A DNA stretch of 64,000 bases, from positions 1 through 64,000 of IMG/VR virus record IMGVR_UViG_3300032236_000879; one strand, given 5' to 3'. Shown in pieces: positions 58,415 to 64,000 of the stretch (its first letter is position 1; every line of letters starts with the position of its first letter). Both the position numbers and the translations under genes were made by a program. The notes under the pieces are model-generated. The model ran no database searches and was not told where the DNA came from. It saw only the letters and a program-made list of their open reading frames with translations. This DNA is from a virus.

Positions 58415-60936
58415 TTTTAAAAAGCGATGGTACAATACTAACGACTATTGCCGACGGCACTATCAACACGACCAGTACTCCTCTAGGGCTACCGGGTAGG
58501 CTCTATCCTGGCTACGGTCAGGTAATCGACACTGACGTTGTACATCTTCTTGAGAATTTCGCAAACAGCTCACCGCCGACTGCTGCTCTTAGGGGGCAGC
58601 TATGGTTCAACACGACTAACAGTACACTCAATATAGCACCGAGTGATTCACCTGCTGCTAGCGCATGGTTAACTATCGCTACTACAGGAAGTGATGGTGT
58701 TTTTGGTAATCTCACTATTACCGGCAACATCACTGCTAATAATGCTGCAATAAGCAACAATACTACATCTAATACAATCACTGTCAATTATGCAACAGTC
58801 AATGTGAGTGCGAATATCACTAACGCGAACGTGACTGGTAATTTTGTTGCAGCTAATGTTCTAACTAACTTGATCAGCACTGGTGCACAAGTACTACCGG
58901 GACAGATGATTGGAACTTGGACTGTTTCAGGCGGACAGAACGGTAATTCATTATATGTTAATGCCGGTAACCTTGTGATCAGTAATGCAGGTTATGGTAT
59001 CAAGACTGACTTATACATGTACGCTAATGGTCAGCAAGTAAGTTTTAATGGTACATATACTAATTCAAACGTAGCTGCATTCTTACCGGTATATGTAGGT
59101 GATATTGGATTAGTAGGCGGCGGCGCTAACTTGAACGGCAATGTACTTAATACTGGTTCTTCTACTAATCCAGGAACTATCATAGGTAACTGGACTATTC
59201 AACCTGGTTCAAATCTCACTGGTCTTACTAATGTTCCGGGTTCAATCGTTACTGGTATTGTTGCTAATGCTAATACATCATTGTATACTGTGAATGTTTT
59301 AGGCATCAATCAGCCTAATATTGTTTCAGTCGGTACTTTGACTTCACTGAATATCAGTGGATCATTGACTTCAGGCCAAATAATATCTACTGTTACTACT
59401 GGAACTCCTCCGCTGACTGTGTTGTCAAATACTAAAGTTTCAAATCTTAATGCTGATCTGCTTGATGGATACACTACTGACGTTGGTCCTACTGCAAATA
59501 CTATTGCAACCAGAGACGCTCAAGGAAATGTTTCAGCTAATTACTTCTTAGGTAACGGTGCTCTTCTTACTGGCATCAATAATTTTACTTCTAACATATT
59601 CAATGGTACTTCTAATATAAACATTGCAACTCCAAACGGTAATATTGTTGCGTCTGTTAACGGAACAAGCAATATACTAACTATTTCAACAGTTGGTGCC
59701 AATATTTTAGGAACAGTGACTGCTACTGCATTCGTGGGAGATGGTTCTAGACTTACCAATATACCTGTAGGAAATATTAGCGGCACTATTTCAAACGCAA
59801 ACTATGCGTCATATGCTGGTAATATTATCAATTCTTCTCAACCAAATATCACTTCAATCGGTACGCTCACTTCGCTTAACATTAGCGGAAATCTGAATGC
59901 AGGTAATGTAATCAGTTCATTCTTCGGAAGCGGTGCAGGGTTAACTAACATCCCAGCAGGAAATATAATAGGAACAGTTAGCAGTGCTGTATCTGCTACT
60001 AGTGCTTCGACTGCTGGTTCCGCCACAACTGCTGGTACAGTAACAACTAATGCTCAACCAAATATCACAAGCGTAGGAACACTAACATCACTTAATGTTT
60101 CCGGTAGGGTAAATGCAGCTTCATTTGCAGGCGACGGCTCTGCTCTAACGAATCTTACCGTAGGTAATATTAGCGGTACGATTTCAAATGCAAATTATGC
60201 AGCATATGCCGGTAATATTATCAATTCTTCTCAACCAAATATCACTTCAATCGGTACACTCACTTCACTTAATGTTACCGGAAATATAACAGGTTCAAAT
60301 ATTTCTGGAAATCATTATGGCAATGGATTTGCGCTGACCAATATAAACGGATCTAATGTCAGCGGAACAGTAGCTCTTGCGGTATCTGCTGGTACAGCAA
60401 ATACTGCTAGCACTGTCACTACTGCGGCACAGCCAAATATCACAAGTTTAGGAATACTATCTGGATTGGGTGTTGTTGGTACAGTAAATGTTACCGGAAC
60501 TATGACAGTAAGTGGTAACTCGTCATTCGCAACTGGAACACAACAAGTTAGAGATATAATCGAACAAGTTAATCTTTCTGGATCAGCTATTTCAGGGTCA
60601 ATCAATGTCAATTTGATCGGCCCCTCAGTCAATTATTTTACCACTAATGCTGCAGGAAATTGGGCTATCAATTTTATAGGAAATAATTCTGTAACCGTTA
60701 ATTCTTATCTAGGAGTTGGTCAATCTGCAACTACGACAGTGCTGGTTACGATAGGTTCAAGTGCATATTATCCGTCTGTGTTTTCTATTGACGGTGTATC
60801 TGTTACTCCTAAATGGCTGGGTGGGTCCGCTCCTTCTTCCGGTAGTGCTAACAAGGTTAATGTTTACACATTCACTATCGTAAAGACCGGTTCTTCAGCT
60901 TTCACGGTATTTGCTTCAGTGTCAAATTACGGATAA
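58402..60936 (+). CDS. tail fibre protein
   Basis: N-terminal L.G..Y.GYG...LLENFA...P....GQLWF domain; five QPNI.S.G.L repeats; C-terminal TPKWLGG.AP...YTFTIVKT domain. Confidence 0.8.
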   Translation: MSYVILKSDGTILTTIADGTINTTSTPLGLPGRLYPGYGQVIDTDVVHLLENFANSSPPTAALRGQLWFNTTNSTLNIAPSDSPAASAWLTIATTGSDGVFGNLTITGNITANNAAISNNTTSNTITVNYATVNVSANITNANVTGNFVAANVLTNLISTGAQVLPGQMIGTWTVSGGQNGNSLYVNAGNLVISNAGYGIKTDLYMYANGQQVSFNGTYTNSNVAAFLPVYVGDIGLVGGGANLNGNVLNTGSSTNPGTIIGNWTIQPGSNLTGLTNVPGSIVTGIVANANTSLYTVNVLGINQPNIVSVGTLTSLNISGSLTSGQIISTVTTGTPPLTVLSNTKVSNLNADLLDGYTTDVGPTANTIATRDAQGNVSANYFLGNGALLTGINNFTSNIFNGTSNINIATPNGNIVASVNGTSNILTISTVGANILGTVTATAFVGDGSRLTNIPVGNISGTISNANYASYAGNIINSSQPNITSIGTLTSLNISGNLNAGNVISSFFGSGAGLTNIPAGNIIGTVSSAVSATSASTAGSATTAGTVTTNAQPNITSVGTLTSLNVSGRVNAASFAGDGSALTNLTVGNISGTISNANYAAYAGNIINSSQPNITSIGTLTSLNVTGNITGSNISGNHYGNGFALTNINGSNVSGTVALAVSAGTANTASTVTTAAQPNITSLGILSGLGVVGTVNVTGTMTVSGNSSFATGTQQVRDIIEQVNLSGSAISGSINVNLIGPSVNYFTTNAAGNWAINFIGNNSVTVNSYLGVGQSATTTVLVTIGSSAYYPSVFSIDGVSVTPKWLGGSAPSSGSANKVNVYTFTIVKTGSSAFTVFASVSNYG
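59818..60257 (+). repeat. intragenic direct repeat: 47-bp identical core at 59818-59864 and 60211-60257
   Basis: GGTAATATTATCAATTCTTCTCAACCAAATATCACTTCAATCGGTAC twice, 393 nt (131 codons) apart. Confidence 0.85.
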
Positions 60937-60941
60937 GTCAA

Positions 60942-61889
60942 ATGACTAGGTTATCAACATTTAGTGCAGATAGTTATAGAGCGTGGGTAGGTCCAGCTGC
61001 ATCTACGGACACACATTGTGCTAATAGTGGATATACCTTTCCTCTACTAATACCTAACTCATCTGATGGATACACACTGTCACAATTAGGTACACCTCAG
61101 TATAATGCACATGCATGGACTATAAACACAGGATATATCAAATACTTGATCAATGGTCAAGGAAGAGGTATTTTTGGAAACGGTACTATCGGAAACACAA
61201 GCCCGTCGGAATATATGTTGCTATATGATCCTACTGGGAAAGGCAACTACACCTATGGTCTGTTCGATGACTGTTTTCAACCTGGTACACCCCATGAAAT
61301 GGGTATTTTTAGCATAGACGATGCTGTATTTTTAGGGGGCGGAAATGAACCAACCTTTGGAAACAATCCTGCCAATGGAACAGTTTTATCCTGGCAAGTT
61401 TCTGATGGTAGAATCGTAGTTCTAATGGGTAGCACTACTTGGGGACATGCAGTCTTTCAATATTTTTCTTATCCAGGTGAATCTATAGTCCGTATGCAAA
61501 TGTCGTACACTAATACAACTTCATCTAACCATTTTATACTGGCGCAACGCGGCGGCGATTGTGATTTCGATCAATACCCCACTTTCAATGATCGGGGAAT
61601 TTCACCGACTGCACCTGCTAATGTAGCTTATTCTATCGGTCAGTTAACAACAAAATCAGTGTGTCTTTATACTCCGGGTAATTCATATACATGTAATACA
61701 TCAGTCATTGCTGATTGGCCATTGTATGATCCTGGACAAGTTCTAACTGGAATTAATAACGGAATCGGAGATTATTCGATTTATAGTGCATGGAATTTAG
61801 GAACAGTTTCTCCGGGTCAGACCGTATATGTGACCTGTTTTTATATAGTAGGATTAGGGTTATCCGAATTCCCTACTTATATATGTTAA
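60942..61889 (+). CDS. putative fibre-tip / receptor-binding protein
   Basis: Beta-rich, aromatic-rich 315-aa protein directly after the fibre gene; C-terminal WNLGTVSPGQTV. Confidence 0.5.
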   Translation: MTRLSTFSADSYRAWVGPAASTDTHCANSGYTFPLLIPNSSDGYTLSQLGTPQYNAHAWTINTGYIKYLINGQGRGIFGNGTIGNTSPSEYMLLYDPTGKGNYTYGLFDDCFQPGTPHEMGIFSIDDAVFLGGGNEPTFGNNPANGTVLSWQVSDGRIVVLMGSTTWGHAVFQYFSYPGESIVRMQMSYTNTTSSNHFILAQRGGDCDFDQYPTFNDRGISPTAPANVAYSIGQLTTKSVCLYTPGNSYTCNTSVIADWPLYDPGQVLTGINNGIGDYSIYSAWNLGTVSPGQTVYVTCFYIVGLGLSEFPTYIC

Positions 61890-61924
61890 GAAATGATAAA
61901 TAAAAATAACGGAGTGATTGAACG

Positions 61925-63151
61925 ATGGCATATACGATTGTAAAAACTGATGGTACAGTATTGACTACCATCGCAGATGGTACTATTAATACAACTAGTA
62001 CCTCTATTGGATTACCTGGTAGAAACTATGCAGGTTACGGACAGACATTGGACACAAATTTTGTCCATACACTAGAAAACTTCGCTGCATCTACTCCTCC
62101 TGCTAACCCATTGAGAGGTCAACTTTGGTTCAATACTAATAATAGCACATTATATGTTTGCCCTGCTGACGGTACTACATCTGCCTCATCTTGGTTATCA
62201 CTCACTTCAACTGCTTCAGGTGGTTCAACTACGTTCGGTGCTGTCAACGTAACAGGTAATGTTCAATCAAACAACCTAGCTGCAACTAATGGTGTTTCTG
62301 CTAACGTAGTCACTTCTAACTATCTCACCATCAGCGCAAATGCAACAATCGCTAATGCGTCAATTGCTAATGCAAATGTAACTACCCTATTGACTGTTGC
62401 AAATATCACTTCAGGTGGCCAGTCAGTCCCTGGCAACTTGACAGGCGGATGGACAGTAAATGGTTCTGTCACTGGCAACGCTCTTATAATCACGAACGGT
62501 AATCTAGCGGTAAGCAATTCTGCTGGTGCTAACCTGTACGGTATTCTCTGCGACAGATATATGTATGCGAACGGTACTCCAATCAGCTTCGCAGGTACAT
62601 ATAGTAACGCAAATGTTCAAGCATATCTTCCTACTTATACAGGTAACGTAGGAACAACTGGTGCAACGTTCTATGGCAACGTACTAACGACTGGGGCAAA
62701 CACTACTACAGGTGCGATCACAGGCAACTGGTCATTGACAACTGGTTCACGACTCAATGCTACTTACGCTGACTTGGCTGAGCGTTTTGCGGCTGATGAT
62801 GTATATGATGCAGGAACGGTTGTTTCTCTAGGCGGAGAAGCAGAGATCACTGCTGTTAAATATGAACTCTCAGAAGATGTATTTGGTGTTATCTCTGACA
62901 CTGCTGCGTATTTGATGAACTCGGCCGCAGGTGATGATACGACACACCCTGCTGTAGCAGTTTCGGGGCGTGTTCCTGTTAAGGTTCTTGGATCCGTCAA
63001 GAAGGGTGATCGTCTAGTCAGTGCAGGAACTGGTCTTGCTCGTGCTGCTAAGGGCGGAGAAGCTACTCCATTCAACGTGATCGGCAGAGCATTAGAAAAC
63101 AAGACTGATATTGGTGTCGGATTTGTCGAAGCCTTCGTATCGATTAAGTAA
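61925..63151 (+). CDS. tail fibre protein, paralogue of 58402-60936, with C-terminal chaperone/S74-like domain
   Basis: Same N-terminal domain; YADLAERFAAD..YDAGTVV...GRVPVKV.G.VKKGDRLVSAG. Confidence 0.8.
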   Translation: MAYTIVKTDGTVLTTIADGTINTTSTSIGLPGRNYAGYGQTLDTNFVHTLENFAASTPPANPLRGQLWFNTNNSTLYVCPADGTTSASSWLSLTSTASGGSTTFGAVNVTGNVQSNNLAATNGVSANVVTSNYLTISANATIANASIANANVTTLLTVANITSGGQSVPGNLTGGWTVNGSVTGNALIITNGNLAVSNSAGANLYGILCDRYMYANGTPISFAGTYSNANVQAYLPTYTGNVGTTGATFYGNVLTTGANTTTGAITGNWSLTTGSRLNATYADLAERFAADDVYDAGTVVSLGGEAEITAVKYELSEDVFGVISDTAAYLMNSAAGDDTTHPAVAVSGRVPVKVLGSVKKGDRLVSAGTGLARAAKGGEATPFNVIGRALENKTDIGVGFVEAFVSIK

Positions 63152-63163
63152 TAAGGAACACAC

Positions 63164-64000
63164 ATGAGTTACGCACAATATGGTACAGTCCAGGCAACAG
63201 ACTTTAACGCACTAGCGGGCGGTAACCCTACTACGACTGCTAATACATTGAATGCAGTATGGGCAACAGGTGGAACCAGTGCAGGTTACGGTCAGCCTGC
63301 ACTATCAAATGTCGCTGCTGGACAGACAGTTGCTGCAACTTCACAGTGGGCTACCCTAGTGGCAAATACAGCAAGTGCAGCAACTCACCAAGGTTCAGCA
63401 ATCACTGCTGTTACCGCACCGGTAGCTGGTGGCACAATAACATACTTGTCAGCTATTCCAACTAACCTAACTACGATTTATACTAACAGGTTAAATGCTG
63501 CTTCACAAGGTTCAACAGGTACAACCTCAGCCAACCGTGCATCAACATGGTCAAACAACTTAGTGTTTACTCTGTCGGCTACATTTGCGAACGGTGATGC
63601 TGCTCGCTATTTCTTTAATGCCGGCGGACAACTCAAGATCACATTCAGTCATCCAACTGGTACAACCATCGACAACTCATTGAACGCACTTGCTACTGCT
63701 TGCGGAACTGTTGTTCTTTCAGCACCGACTAGTGGTACGATTACTGTAGCATCTACTTCATATAACGGTGTAACTAAGATTGGTGGTAGCGGAACAGTAA
63801 ATGCGATTTCTACCAACTCAGGATATTATGCTTGGACTACTGCAAACACTCAGGTATTCAAACAGCTAGTTGCTTCTGCACCCGTCGGATATACAAATAC
63901 AAACATCAATTTGAATGTAAAGACCAATGGTCCAGTTGGTACAAACGGTGACGTTGGTAACGTGATCACAATCTACGCAAACTGGGCAGAACTTACTTCA
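63164..64000 (+). CDS. virion structural protein (partial; runs off the window end)
   Basis: AAGGAA SD; MSYAQYGTVQATDFN...GYGQ...ARYFFNAGG; open to the window end. Confidence 0.75.
   Translation, partial: MSYAQYGTVQATDFNALAGGNPTTTANTLNAVWATGGTSAGYGQPALSNVAAGQTVAATSQWATLVANTASAATHQGSAITAVTAPVAGGTITYLSAIPTNLTTIYTNRLNAASQGSTGTTSANRASTWSNNLVFTLSATFANGDAARYFFNAGGQLKITFSHPTGTTIDNSLNALATACGTVVLSAPTSGTITVASTSYNGVTKIGGSGTVNAISTNSGYYAWTTANTQVFKQLVASAPVGYTNTNINLNVKTNGPVGTNGDVGNVITIYANWAELTS

Noticed and set aside
59760-60275. DGR template/variable repeat pair in the fibre gene
   Set aside because: Both copies are in frame in one gene, differences are mostly synonymous and not adenine-specific, and no reverse transcriptase is in the window.

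Overview
A 64-kb segment of a large T4-like (gp55/gp23-type) myovirus genome, standard genetic code, containing no host genes. Left part (minus strand): head module (gp23 capsid, gp22 scaffold, gp21 protease, acidic core protein, gp20 portal) and two tandem tape-measure-like paralogues carrying different peptidoglycan hydrolases. Middle: gp26/gp51-like hub chaperones, a ~0.5-kb structured non-coding region, a resolvase-like nuclease, gp46/gp47 and the gp55 late sigma factor. Right part (plus strand): baseplate module (gp53, gp5, gp25, gp6), a 6500-aa virion protein, three ORFs with a shared leader peptide, and tail-fibre genes. Two intact-looking HNH homing endonucleases and two GIY-YIG remnants are present. 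Best candidates for novelty: (i) a large, multi-branched structured RNA at ~17.36-17.74 kb; (ii) a late-promoter-driven array of variable proteins sharing an MNSDDFRKxMTLLESIE leader, resembling a capsid-targeted cargo system; (iii) a probable -1 programmed frameshift joining the gp26-like and gp51-like ORFs; (iv) a single in-frame TAA in the essential portal gene. All calls are from motif recognition by eye; no searches were run.
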